DNA of 64,000 nucleotides from Mantamonas sphyraenae STR306 (Eukaryota > Protista > CRuMs): contig JAPMXV010000051.1 in NCBI GenBank assembly GCA_026936335.1, forward strand, positions 310,001-374,000. Reading direction: 5' to 3'. Both the position numbers and the translations under genes were made by a program. Below, piece by piece: positions 48,216 to 60,235 of this stretch. The notes beneath the pieces are model-generated. The model had not been told where the DNA came from, did not search any database, and saw only the letters and a list, made by a program, of their open reading frames with translations. Position 1 is the first letter of the stretch. Each line of letters begins with the position of its first letter.

Positions 48216-49232
48216 TTATTGTGATTGTCGCTCGTCGTCATCGCTCACGCGGTCGTCACAGCGCTCCTTATCGTCGCTGTCATTGCCAGTGGTGACCTCT
48301 CCGCCCAAGGCCTCCAGGTCCAGGAGCACGGGGTGATGATCACTTGGCGGTTGCGAGTCGCCCACGAGCTGCCTGTAGCCGACCACTCGCTTGCATTGTT
48401 TGATGCGCCAGCTGTCCTCCCAGTCGCCACCAAGCCAGAAGTAGTCGATTCGTGGGCCATAGTGGTCGTTTGCGTGGCAGGAGGTCGCGACTCGCACTTC
48501 GTGTTCAGAGTCTGCTTCACCAGGGGGGGGCTTGCCCTCCAGCTCTCGCATGCGACGCCATGCATCAGTGTATCCAATTTCTGCAAACCAATCTGTGACC
48601 TGATGTTCGCAGGCCTCCCACCGATTCTGTGTGCGTCTGCTTTGGTAGCGTTCCCACCTAAAGTCCGTGTAGTCGTCCCGCGTCAACGAATTGTAGTCAC
48701 CTGCCAGCACGTGAGGCTGTGACGGGTCATCCATGAACGATTGTTGGCCAGCAAAGAGGGCTTTGGCCTGGCTGAGGCGCAGGGTTTCGCGGACGTGATC
48801 GAGATGGGTGACTGTGACACAGAAGCGACTGCCTTCCTCTCGTGTGACCTTGGAGGTGTCGAAGCAAGCCATGGTTGCGGCTCGCGTGCTGCCTTTGCCT
48901 CCCTGGTAGAGGACGTTGTCCTCGATGTCCTTGGCCAGGGGCAGTTTGTACAGAATGGCGTTTCCCAGCCATGAGCCCAGGGGACACTCGTGAAACTCCA
49001 TGTCCAGGTGTGCCGCAAGGCCTTCGATGGCGGTGACCTTGCTTTCACTGTCGTCCTTGCTCCACGGGAAAGCTGGGACGGTTTCGTTGAGGACGATGAC
49101 GTCTGCGTTGAGTTTCTCCAGCAAGGCAGCCACGCGCTGGACGTTGACCTCCACAAACTGGTCTCTCCACATGTGGACGTTGTAGGTGACGATGCGCACA
49201 AAGGAGCGCGGATCCTCGTCGGTTGTGGACAT
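48216..49232 (-). CDS. Endonuclease/exonuclease/phosphatase (DNase I-like) family protein
   Basis: RIVTYNVH, DVIVLNE, GNAIL, THLDH, LAGDYNS, RIDYFW, SDHHPV. Confidence 0.88.
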   Translation of the reverse strand: MSTTDEDPRSFVRIVTYNVHMWRDQFVEVNVQRVAALLEKLNADVIVLNETVPAFPWSKDDSESKVTAIEGLAAHLDMEFHECPLGSWLGNAILYKLPLAKDIEDNVLYQGGKGSTRAATMACFDTSKVTREEGSRFCVTVTHLDHVRETLRLSQAKALFAGQQSFMDDPSQPHVLAGDYNSLTRDDYTDFRWERYQSRRTQNRWEACEHQVTDWFAEIGYTDAWRRMRELEGKPPPGEADSEHEVRVATSCHANDHYGPRIDYFWLGGDWEDSWRIKQCKRVVGYRQLVGDSQPPSDHHPVLLDLEALGGEVTTGNDSDDKERCDDRVSDDDERQSQ

Positions 49233-49290
49233 TTGGGAGGTGGATGGAACTGCGCTGCGCCGGCCGGGGCAACAACCGAAACTCCCACAG

Positions 49291-50009
49291 ATGCTGCAGG
49301 AGTCATCCACACCGAGTGAGGACGATCTAGTAGTGAGCACAAGTGGCGGAGGAGGCGGAGGAGGTGACAGCAGCTCAGCGGACGACCGATACGTGGTCAA
49401 ACCGCTGGAAAGCAGCCAGCCGCCGCGCACCCGCGAAGCAAACTGGACGGGCGGGTCGAGTTCAGGAGGGAATGGAGGCGGTGGCGACTCTATGCCCATG
49501 ATCGACATGATCCCCACGCCAGTGAATGTGCCCGACGACATTGCGGAAAAGTGGAAGGACGAGCCGGACCCGATCAAGAAGAAGGTGAGTGTCGAGGGTT
49601 GTCGGGGAGCACAAAATGGCGGGCGACGACGTTCCCACGGCCTGGTGATCGTTGGAGACGTTTCCACAGGACGCGCTTGCTCACCCGCCCCACGGAGGGC
49701 CCAACCTCGCAGCTGATGATTGCCAAGGAGGTCCAGGAGCGCGAAGCGAACCATCCGTTGACTGCGTACGAGTTTGCAACCTGGCTGGGCTATTCTGCGT
49801 TGGACTGGGCGGACTATCTGGGCGGGCTGGTGGCCCACACAATTGGGCTGACGGAATCCAAGTATCAGGACGAGCTCAACGAGTACAACCGGCAACAGCG
49901 CGAGATCAGGCGGCGCGAACGGGAGAAGCGGGATGCAGAAGAGGCAAAGGCCACACAGGACGCACAGGTCATGGAGGGGGAATTGGAGGAGCACGAGGAA
50001 GAGCAGTGA
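49291..50009 (+). CDS. FAM177-like protein
   Basis: WADYLGGLVAHTIGLTESKYQDELNEY resembles the FAM177 core; intron 49585-49712. Confidence 0.6.
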
Positions 50010-50130
50010 AGGAGTGAAGGAAAAGAAAACAAAATGAAGCACGTGGTTTGTACAGCGGCAAGGGCATGGCACATCGGTCGACGATGTGCGCGCGGGAGGC
50101 CAAAACGCAACCGGGGCAGGGCACGGCGCG

Positions 50131-52784
50131 ATGGGACAGTCTCCGTCGGCGCAACTGATTGAAGCCAGCTTTGATGGGAAGCTAAAGAAGGTGAAGCAAA
50201 AGGTGGAGCGGAAACATGTGCATGTAGATAGCAGGAACGGGGAGAAGCAGACGCCGTTGATGGCGGCGGCGCTGGCCGGGCAGGAAGACGTGGTGCGCTA
50301 TCTGCTGGAAATGGGAGCAAACGTACGTGCAAAGGACGTGCGCAAGCAGACGGCGTTGCACAAGGCGGCACTGAACGGGTACAAGGCGTGTGCGGATGTT
50401 CTCCTAGCGGCAGGGGCCGACATTTCCGGGGACATTCAGGGGAACACACCGCTGCACTTGAGCGCGGTGTCGGGCCATCCGATGATTCTGTGGACGCTGT
50501 TGTCGAATCTGGTGGATGTGACATCTGTGAACAAGGAGGGAAACACGCCGCTGCATCTGGCTGCGGACAATTCGTCGTCCGAGTGCGTAGCGCTGTTGAT
50601 CATTCACGAGCCGGAGCTTCTGTCGATTGCAAACCGTGCAGGAATGACGGCTGAGGATGTGGCGCGGGATGGAGGCCATTCGGAGTGCACCAAGCTGCTG
50701 CAGCTCTCGCAGAATCTGAACGTGCAGCAGACGCAGCTTCGGGAGTCGGACATCCGGCAAGTGTTGTCGTTGTTGGGCTCCGCCAAGTTTTTTGTACAGT
50801 GGTGGGCGGCGCATGTGCTGGCACAGCTGGTGGGGAATGGTAGGTTGTGTGTTGTGCGGTGGCTTTTTCCGTGACGGCCGCGTCGTTACATTTTTTTTCG
50901 TGGTCGGTGGGAAACGGAACGGAAGAGCAGGCAGGGTGAGAGAGGCGGAGCAGCGCACGGAATGGGGGTGGTCTGACACACACGGGGCGTGGCTACACAG
51001 CGTCTGTGTGTGAAATCATCGGGGAGGAAGTGTTGATCGCTGTGGATGCGTTTCTGCGCTCTGGTCAGCCGCAGTTGATCGGGGAAAGCGTGCACCTGCT
51101 CACCGGGCTCGTGAACAGCCTAGGCGGGCCGAGCATGGTACGGGAACGCGTGGATCTGCATCTGCTTCTCATGGTGTATCTCCGGGAACAGCGACCAAAG
51201 ATCAAGGTAAGTTGTGGGATGGTGTCGGGAGCAGTGTGGGATGGTCGTCACACTGCGGCTGGGCAGGGGGCTAATACGGGCAAGCGCACACGGGCACGTC
51301 GACACAGGACAAAATCAAGGGCATCTTTCGTGGGCTGGGCACATCCGAGGGAGAAATCGCAGTGGAGATTGTGCGTGCGCCGCAAGCGGTGCTGAAAGTG
51401 GGGCGGAACGGGAAACCACACGATCGAGAGTTTCGGCTGAACGAAGGGCTGACGCACATTGTGTGGACCAGCGAAAAGCTGACCAAGTCGTCGTCGGACA
51501 CAATGGTGCAGCTGGATCAGGTGAAGGAGGTGCTGGTAGGCCAAAAGTCCCTGCTGTTTGGCAAGAAGCAAAAGAATCTGCCGGCAGGCTCGGAGCAGCA
51601 GTCGTTCTCGCTTGTATATGGGAAAAAGAGGACGCTGGACCTTGTGTGTCATAATGTGGACCAGTTTGACCTGTGGATGACTGCACTGAACTATGCCATC
51701 CCGCTTGCGAAGCGGCAGGCGTCGATGTGGCTGACGGCAGAGTCGCGCAAGTACATGGAAGACATCAAGGCGACGCAGGCGCAGCTGCAGGAGCGCATCG
51801 AACGACTGGAAGAGCAGCTGCAGGCGGAGTTGGAGACTGGCAGGCGGCTGGTGGAGCAGCAGCGTACGGGCAACGGCAAGTTGGGTGCAGAGCATCCGGT
51901 GCAGGTCAAGGTGGTGGCCAGCAGGATCCGCAAACTGCGTCTGGAAATCCAGCGTGCTGCGACGATGAAGTGGAATCTGGAGACGATCAGCATGCAGATT
52001 GAGAGCGCGTCTGTGAGTCGGACGGTGTTGGAGTCCCAACGCGTGGGAGCCGAGGCTCTGAAGAGTATTCTGGATGCGACGCCTGCCGAGGTGGAGGATA
52101 TGGTGGAAGAGATCCGGAAACAAGTGTTGGACTCTCAGGACATTGAGGAACTGATGAGCACGCCGTGGGGGGGAGGAGGAGAGGAGGAGGATGATGATTT
52201 GGATGCATTGGAAGAGGAGCTGGCGGCGTTGATGGGGGAGATCGCAGGAAAGAAGGAGGAGGAGGATGAGGATGAGGATGAAGAAGATGGGGCAGATGTT
52301 TTGGTCGAAGACGGTGAGAGTGACTCGATGGACGACGAGGGTGCTGGGGTCGGGAGCAGCAGCAGCACGGCGGCGGCGGCGGCGGCGGGCAGCAGGGTTG
52401 CAGGCAGAGCTGGTGAAAGATACAGTGGAGCAGGACGTGCAGCAGATTCTGGTGTTGAGCGAAGAGGAGGAAAGTGAGGAGCGGATGGGGCAGGATGGGC
52501 AGCAGGATGTGTTGAGGAGAGCGAGTGTTCGCGGAAGCGTGAGAGGAGCCGGGGTCGGGACCGCCGGGGTTGTGGTCGTGCTTGCAGAGGAGGAGGGAGA
52601 GGGAGCGGCGGCGGGGGCGGCGGGGGCGGCGATGGAGGAAGAGGAGGAGGAGGAGGACGTGGTGCAGGTGGAGCGAGTGGAATTGCGACGCTTGTCAATG
52701 CCGAGCAAAGCGGTGCCGCCGCGGCCTACGGGCAAGACGAGCAGCAAGAGGCGGAAGCACAGGAGGACTCTGGTGGCCGGGTGA
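50131..52784 (+). CDS. Ankyrin-repeat + PH + coiled-coil + Snf7 (ESCRT-III) domain fusion protein
   Basis: Exons 50131-50839, 51001-51206, 51308-end join in phase. TPLM/TALH/TPLH ankyrins; LKVGRNGKPH..FRL..IVW..SFSLVY..RTLDLVC..FDLW PH; NLETISMQIESA..VLE..GAEALK..VEDMVEEI..DIEELMSTP..LEEELAAL Snf7. Tail needs a frame repair at ~52388. Confidence 0.8.
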
Positions 52785-52861
52785 GGGAGCAAAGGATGGG
52801 GTTGGGAAAGGGAGTGTGTGTGGTTTGTGGGAGGGCGAACATCCAGCCAACTTTTTTGCGG

Positions 52862-54616
52862 ATGGCTGGAGGAGACGAAAAGACACCGCTGGTGGCGTCG
52901 GGGAAGAACCATCCGTACTACACGGATCCGCAGACGAAGCTATCTCTGTATGCAATGTATCTGATCAACTTTCTGAACTCGTTTGCCTTCTCGATTGTGA
53001 TCCCGTCGGTGTGGCCCTTTTTGAAGCAGGTGAGTGCGCGGACTGGCCCTCTTTGCGTTTCGGGGCGCCGGGAGGGCTCAAGGAGGCGGTTGTGGAGCTA
53101 ACAAGGACGCCCCCACGTGTGGCGGTGTACAGATGGGAGCGGCAAAGGACCTTTTGGGATGGGTGGTGGCATCGTTCAGCGTGGGGCAATTCATTTCTGC
53201 CCCGCTGATGGGGGGCTGGGCGGACAAGCGAACCACAAAGGAGGTGATGGTTGTGGCCATGGTTGTGAGCGTGATGGGCAACACGATGTACTCGCTGGCA
53301 GGCACACCAGCTGTGCTGATCATTGCGCGTTTCATTACGGGCTGTGGGAGCTCGACGATGGCGGTGATTCGGGCGTACGTGTCGTACGTAACGCCGACGG
53401 AGGAGCGCACGGTGGTGATGAACTACATCAGCATGGCCAACGCGGTGGGGTTCATCTGTGGGCCTGCGTTTGGAGCCATGCTTGCCTTGCTGCCGAACTT
53501 TGAGGTGCTGGGCGTCCACGTGGACGAGGTGACCTGGCCCGGATTCTTTTCAGCCGCGTTTGGCATCCTGAACCTGGGTGTGCTGCTGCCCTTCTTTGTG
53601 GAACCGACACGTGCGCGCCTGGACCTTGGCGGGGGATCAGTGAACGGGGGCGAGGATGTTGTAGTGGGCGTGAGCGTAGACGGGGAGGAAGAGGAGGAGG
53701 AAGAGGAGGAGGAGTGGGACGAAGAGGACGGAGTGCGTCCGCCCAAGTATGGGGCTGCGGCTGCGGGAGGCCCCGCACGTGGGCCGAGGGAGCGGGAAAT
53801 GTCGCATGCGGGCCAGGACGAGGTGGTGGAGGACGGGTTTGATTCGATGCTGCTGGGCAACGTGCGTCCGCCGTCGCGTGTGGGCATCGCCCTGATGGTC
53901 CTGGTGAACTTTTCGCGAACGGTGGTGTTTACGATTCTGGAGACGGTGATGACGCCGTACACGGAGGATGCGTACAACTGGACGGTGCCGGAGAACGGGT
54001 TTATGTTTGCCGGGCTGGGTGTGTTGTCTCTGATTTCGTTCTTTGTGCTGGCCATGGTGCACCGGCACTTTTCGGACCGGCTGCTTATGGTGGTGACGAT
54101 GGCCATGATCAGCGTGGGCACAGGAATTGCGTGCACGTATCCTGCAGAAACGCTGCCGCTGTGGCGGTACGGACTCGCGTGCGTGCTCATCACGCTTGGG
54201 TACTCGCCAAACACGAGCCTGGCGCTGTCGATGCTGAGCAAGATCCTGGGTCCGTTCAATCAGGGCCTGGTGATGGGCTACTACAGCAGCGGCGGATCGC
54301 TGGCGCGCATGTCTGGGCCGCTGGGAGCAGGGTATGCGTTGCAGTACGGCGACGCAAACGCGATCTTTGTGACGGCGACGTGTGTGCTGAGCGTGACGAC
54401 ACTGCTGCTGTTTGCGTCTACGGAAAGCTGCGTGCCCATCCGCTGGTGGAGGCCGAGGAACAACAGCGCAAGCTGTTGGCCAAGGGGGAGGAGGAAAAGA
54501 ATGTGCGAAGACTGTCGTTTGGCAGCACAGGCGCAGGTGCAGGTGGTGCTGGTAGGTCAAGGACAGAGAGTGTGGGAAGTGTGGGCAGTGTGGCGAGCGA
54601 GACAGGGTTGTGGTGA
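52862..54616 (+). CDS. MFS transporter, MFSD8/CLN7-like
   Basis: FSIVIPSVWPFL, GWVVASFSVGQF.SAP.MGGWAD, ARFITGCG, GFICGP, SKILGP.NQG.VMG, GSLARMSGP; EKTPLV dileucine-like sorting signal; intron 53030-53132; frame break ~54419. Confidence 0.88.
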
Positions 54617-54693
54617 CGGGAATGAATCGGCGAGCGGTTCGCAAACAACGGCAACATACATACATATGTACTCTGACGTGTACTCTACCCATC

Positions 54694-57600
54694 CTACTTT
54701 CGTGTGACACCGCCAAATCGGCTCCAGGCTGGGTGGAGAGCTCGCCCCTGCTCTTCTTGCCTGAGTCTGGCTTCGCGCACTGCCTTGCGCCCGGTCACTT
54801 CCTGCTTGCCTGCAGAGAGGCTGCGTTTGGATGGTTTCTTGTGTTTGGGACGCTTCTTGGAAGGGCGAACGGCTTTGTGTTGGGTCCAGGCAAAAGTGTG
54901 GTCCCGCGTCGGCGAGAGCAAGGATGCGGTGGTGGTTGCCTGCTGGTTGTTGCTGCTGAAAGACGACGAGGATGATGAAGACGACGATGTGCCACTGCTT
55001 GTGGTGTTGCGACCCTGCATCACCAGAGGCAGCCCCAGCTTCTCGTCGCGGTGCATCTCGAGGTACTCCAGAGCCATGTCCATCTTCTGCAGCGAGTGAA
55101 AGAGACGTCGCTTGTGCAGACGCTCCTCTGCGAGCTGCCGTGTAACCTGTTGAAGCTGCTGTTCCATCTCCTGTGCGGTCTCGAGGGCCGCTGCAAGCTC
55201 GTGGTTGCGATACACCGCGCTGGTGAGGCTTTCGATGTCCAGATCCGCCTCGACGGCGTCCATGACGACGCTGACTGTCTTTACGGTGTGCAGTTCGTCC
55301 TGAGCGTTGCCCAGTCCCGTGCGTACTGGAGGTGGAGGGTCTTTGCCGCTTGCAGCCCGTTTTGCCTCGCGCTTCTCCTTGCGTGCTGCCTCTGCAATCT
55401 CGCCCGTGCCAAACGCAGCCTCCATGTCCGCCTGTTTGTCTTCTTGCAGCATCTTGAGCATGGCTCCCACCTGCTTTTTCAGTTTGCGTGCGCGCGGTTC
55501 GACAAACTGGGATGTGTTCATCTTGCGCCGTTCGAGATCGATGCGCATCATCTGCTTCTGCTGCTCCAGCATACGGTACAATTCGCCGATGTGATCCAGT
55601 CGCTCAGGGTTACCCTGCCGCGTGACTCGCAGCTGGCGCACAAAGTAGTCCTCCTCAGCCTGCTTCGCCGCACGTTTCTTGCGTCGTGCCACCACCTGCT
55701 CCTTGCTCAGCTTCTTCTTGCCTGGCGCTTTTTTGCCCTTTGTGTGCTTGGAACGGCGGTGTTGGCGGCGGCGGCGGCGTCGAGCGGACCGACGACGAGG
55801 ATGATGACGATGACGACGACGAGATCGAGCCGGACGATGACTCGGAGGATGGCGAACTCACGGACGACTCCGACGTGTCCGACTCATCCAACTCGCTGGA
55901 TTCAGACAAAGACGACGCGTCGCTGGACTCGTCCGCCCAAGCCTTGCGTCGTTGTGGCCGCTTGCCCCGCGTAGGTTTGCGTTTGGACGAGGCCTTTCGT
56001 TTGCGAGAGCGTTTGGCCCTCTCGTCCTCGGATTCATCTTCGGATTCATCTTCGGATTCATCGTCGGATTCAGACTCTGATTCCGACTCTGTGTCGGATT
56101 CGTTGCCATCGTCGTCGTCGTCATCCTCTTGGCTGGCAGACTCTGCGTCAGAAGCGGCTGCGTCGTCACGGTTGTCGCTGCTTTCGGCGTCGCCGACGCG
56201 GACGGAGAACGGGGAGCCTTTGAGGTGAGTTTTGCCGAGGGTGATGGAGACTTGCAGGATGCCCGGTTGGTCGGGAGCGGTGTAGGAGTAGGTGAGCAGT
56301 CCCTTTTCCTCATTGTCCACATTGACCTGGTCGGACAGATCCTCGATGGGATCACCATTGAAGGTGGTTTCCACCAGAAGGGTGTCGTCTTGCAACTCCT
56401 GCATCTCCTGAGGCGTCAACAGGTCGCCAAAGTCACTGGCGTCCATGTCTGCACGTCCGTTGCCATACTTGTCCTGCAACTGGAGGGCAAAGCGTGTGGT
56501 TTCGCCCGGTTCGACGGCACGCAGGCCTGCGCCCCATGCCGGCACGTGGTTGGATCCTTGACCCCTCCAAAGACTTGCATGGAGGAACGACCCACCTCGA
56601 CGCCGTCCATGGTGACGACAATGTCGTAGTAGCCAGCGAGCTGCGGTGTAAACACAGCTCGGTATCTTCCCTTGGTTGCGTTTTCCACGCTGGTGTCCAC
56701 TTCCTTGTTGTCGCGTGAGTGGATCACACTCACCGCCACGTCGGCTGACTCGTTGCCCTGGCTGTGCACAATGTCAAATGTGCTCTTGCGCCCAGCCACG
56801 CAGTACTCAAATCCATCGCCAGAGATGTCCACATCGTCTGCAGAGATGGTCCCCTGTGCATCCGCCTTTGCCTTGGCCTCTTTCTCCTCCTCTTGTTTCT
56901 TCTTTGCCGCCTCTGCTTCTTCCTCCTCTTGTTTCTTCTTGGCCGCGGCGGCGGCGGCGGCGGCCTCCTCTTCCTCCTTCTTTTTCTTGGCGGCCTCTGC
57001 TTCTTCCTCCTCTTGCTTCTTCTTGGCAGCGGCGGCTTCCTCCTCCTCCTTCTTCTTGCGCTCCTCCTCCTCTTGCCTCTTCTTCTCTTCGGCCTTTTCG
57101 GCAAAGCGGGACTTTTTCGGTTCGGGCTTGGGAAGGACGCCAATGAGCTTTGCATTGCCCGTGGCATTGGCGTGATCGAGGGCAGTTTTGCCGGACGCAT
57201 CCTTGGTGGTGAGGGCATCTGCACCGGCCTGGACGAGAAGGTAGGCGACGTCGACCAGGCCACACTGGCAAGCAAGCATGAGTGGGGTCATGCCGTCATC
57301 GCGATGGACCAGGTTGACGTTTGCGTGACCCGTTTGTACAAGCACGTTGACACACTGCGCAAGCGAGGCGTGGTCATCCGCGCTGAGGTTGGCCGCGTTG
57401 GCGTCCATGCAGACATAGTGAAGGGCGGCATACCCGTTGTCATCGAGCAGGTCTGCCTGGGCGCCATTGGCCAGCAGCCAATTCATGTACTCTGCGTTGC
57501 GTTGGCCGGCGGCAAGGTGCAAGGCTGTCATGGAGGAGGCGCCGGCCAGGTTGACGTTGGCCTTGCTGCTGATGAGGTAGCCGACGCTTTCGTTTTGGCG

Positions 57601-58850
57601 TGCGTTGACGGCAAGATGCAGGGCGGCCCACCCTTGGGCCTCGAGACAGTCCAGATCGGCGCCTGCCTGAATCATGTGGGCCACACAGTTGGGAAAGCCA
57701 TTGAGGATGGCCCACATGAGCGGGGTGCGTCCGTCGTTGTCACGTTCGTTGAGATTGACGGATGAAGGATCCTGCAGGGCCGCCTGCAGATCTGCCTCCG
57801 CCCCCTGGGCACACATCATCATGACTGAAGTGCCTGCAATGGCGGCCACGGCCTGGTTGGCGGCCACGAGGGAGCCCACGGCAGACTTTAGGCGGGCAGT
57901 TGCTGTTTCTGCGGGCACCGCCGCCCCCTGGTTGTTGGCGTTGCTTTGGAAGGATTTGAGCCAGACGAGGAGGTCGGAGTGGCCCTGGGACTCGGCCCAT
58001 TGCAAGCAATTGAAGCCATCGGCGTCGGTAAGGTTTGGGTTTGCGCCTGCCTGGAGGAGGGTGTTGGCAGGCTTGATGAGACCAAACTTGCTGCACAACA
58101 AGAGGGATGTTTCGCCCGAGTGGGCATTGGCGAGGTTTGGATCGACGCCATTGGTGAGCAGGTGTGACACACACGTGGCCATGGTCTCTTGGCGTGCATC
58201 GTCCACAGGGGTCGATTCGGGGCTGCAGATATAATGAATGGGCGCATTGCCGCTGTCGTCGGAAATGATGGCCGATGCGCCACTGCTGGGCAACCATGCC
58301 ATATAGTTGGCTTTGAGGTTGCTGTGGGGAAGGAGTGTGAGCAAGGAGGGGGGGGGGGGAGGGGTGGGGGGAAATCCGGCTCCATGGGTCGGGTCAGTAC
58401 AACGTACCGGGCAGCAACGTGGATGGCTCGCATGTTGCCTGGACCAGGCTGGTCAAGATTGACATCTGGGGCTTGGATGAGGGCGGCGACGAGCTCGTTG
58501 TTGTCTGTGGTGACGGCGAGGCAGAGAGCGGTCCAACCGTTGGCGTCCTGGGTGTTTGGGTTGGCGCCGGATTGGACGAGGAGCTGGACGGCCTGTGTGT
58601 TGTCGGCCTCGACGGACATGTGGAGGGCGGTTTGGCCACCGACAGTGGCATTGGGGTCAGCGCCAAGGGCCAGGAGCACCTGTAGGGCCTCTGTGGCGTT
58701 GCACTTTGCGGCCCAGAGCACTCCGGTCCAGCCGTCGTGGTCCATGGCGAGGTGCTGGGCGCGGGTGGGGCCATCCAAGGGCTCGAGGGCATTGCGTAGG
58801 GCCTCCCAGTCGTTGGAGGCGATGGCGGAAAAGTAGGTCTGGGCGTCCAT
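54694..58850 (-). CDS. Multi-ankyrin + charged helix + two filamin Ig repeats + S/D/E-rich + coiled-coil protein
   Basis: More than 10 ankyrin repeats; filamin-type G.G..VAG..F, YRAVFTP..AGYYDIVV and WGAGL..GE..RF.LQ.QDKYGN..YSYT..HLKGSPFSV; intron ~58407-58322; two frame breaks (~56540, ~55750-55800). Confidence 0.75.
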
Positions 58851-58934
58851 CGCGGGAAGGCGGTTGGCGGCGACAGCTTGCGTGGGAGTGCGCAGGCGGA
58901 GTCAAGAGGAAGAGAAAGAGCGTGTGTGTGCGTG

Positions 58935-59853
58935 ATGAGCAAGAGACAGAGGGAGGATCAAGACGAAGAGGAGGTGGAGGAACCTGAGGCGAAGCGGGCA
59001 GCGGTGGAAACCGGGGAGGGCGGGTCAAGCGGACTGAGCAAGCTTGAGGCGCTGAAGGCAAAGCTGGCGGCGGCACGTGAGGCAAACAGAGAAGCGGTGC
59101 TGGAGGAACACAAGGCGGACAAACTGCCGCAGGAGTCGGAGAGCCAGAGGGAAAAGGCGGAGCGGGAGTGGAAGGCGCAGCAAGAAGAGGCGGCGAAAAA
59201 GGCGGGTCTGAGTGTGGAGCAGTACAAGCGATTGCACACGAGTGCAGCCAAAGTGGAAGCCAAGGAGCGGCGGGTGGCAAAGAAGAAGAGGCACGGGGTG
59301 GTGGCGTACGGATTTGAGGGAGAGGAGAGCGCGGCGTACCGGTCGTACGAGAAGCGGCTGAAGAACGTGCCATACGGCCTGGCCGAGTATGAAGAGGAAA
59401 AGGAAGCGCTGGAAGCAAGCGGACGGACCGCATTTCCAGACACGGGCACGTTGGAGGTCGGGAGCGACGGGAGAAAGAGCGGGAACGAGATTGCCGTGCA
59501 GATTATGTCGGACGAGGTGAAGCAGATGTGGGTTGCGTGCGCGAGAGGACGGGAGTGGAGTGGGAAAGCGTTTGGCAAACAGGAGAAGGAGGGGCGAGGG
59601 GTGCAGGGGGTGCAGTGGGGAGAAAGCGAGCAAATGGCGGATTGTGGAAAGTGCGCTCACACAGCAGGTGCGGTGTGCGGGTTACAGGGACGAAAAGGCA
59701 GCCAAGTATTCGAGACGTCGTGCAGTGAACGAGGACAAGACGGTGACGCACATCAACGAGTGGAACAGATCGTACAACGAGAAGTTGGACAAGATGATGA
59801 ACAAGTACACTGGGGAGATCCGGGCGAACCTGGAGCGCGGTACAGCGTTGTGA
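58935..59853 (+). CDS. SYF2: Pre-mRNA splicing factor SYF2
   Basis: AREANREAVLEE, AAYRSYEK, YSRRR, HINEWNRSYNEKL..YTGEIRANLERGTAL; intron 59529-59687. Confidence 0.92.
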
Positions 59854-60020
59854 TGGGAATGGTGGCCGAGGTGTGGGAGGTGTGGGAGGTGTGGGAGATG
59901 TGGAGCGAGGAGGAAAGGGCGGTACGGAAGGATGTGTTTCCACCGGGTGGTCTCAATAGAAGGAGGATTTGCACTGTGGTACGGTTTGTGAACCACAGGA
60001 CAGACCCATTACTTCGAGCA

Positions 60021-60092
60021 GGGCGCGTGGTACAGTGGTAGCACGAATCGTTTGCATCGATTAGGTCGGGGGTTCGATTCCCTCCGCGTCCA
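60021..60092 (+). tRNA. tRNA-Ala (anticodon UGC)
   Basis: Acceptor GGGCGCG/CGCGTCC with G3:U70, discriminator A; D-loop AGTGGTA; anticodon arm AATCG-TTTGCAT-CGATT; T-loop GGTTCGATTCC. Confidence 0.96.
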
Positions 60093-60097
60093 CTCTC

Positions 60098-60103
60098 TTT
60101 TTT
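60098..60103 (+). terminator. RNA polymerase III terminator (T6)
   Basis: T run 5 nt after the tRNA 3' end. Confidence 0.8.
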
Positions 60104-60235
60104 GTTCGCTTTCTTTTTGCAGGATCATTTCCCGCACAGGTCTCACATACGCTCGTGCAAAGTCAGTGCCAATGGTTGGGCAGAGCAGGGAGGAGGCTGG
60201 TGCTTCATTTTGGCCGTTTTGCTGTTTGCGGACGC

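Noticed and set aside
60110-60135. AGGATCATTTC resembling U3 snoRNA box A after the tRNA
   Set aside because: No GAC/A' box upstream and no B, C or D boxes downstream; it lies in the AOAH 3' region.
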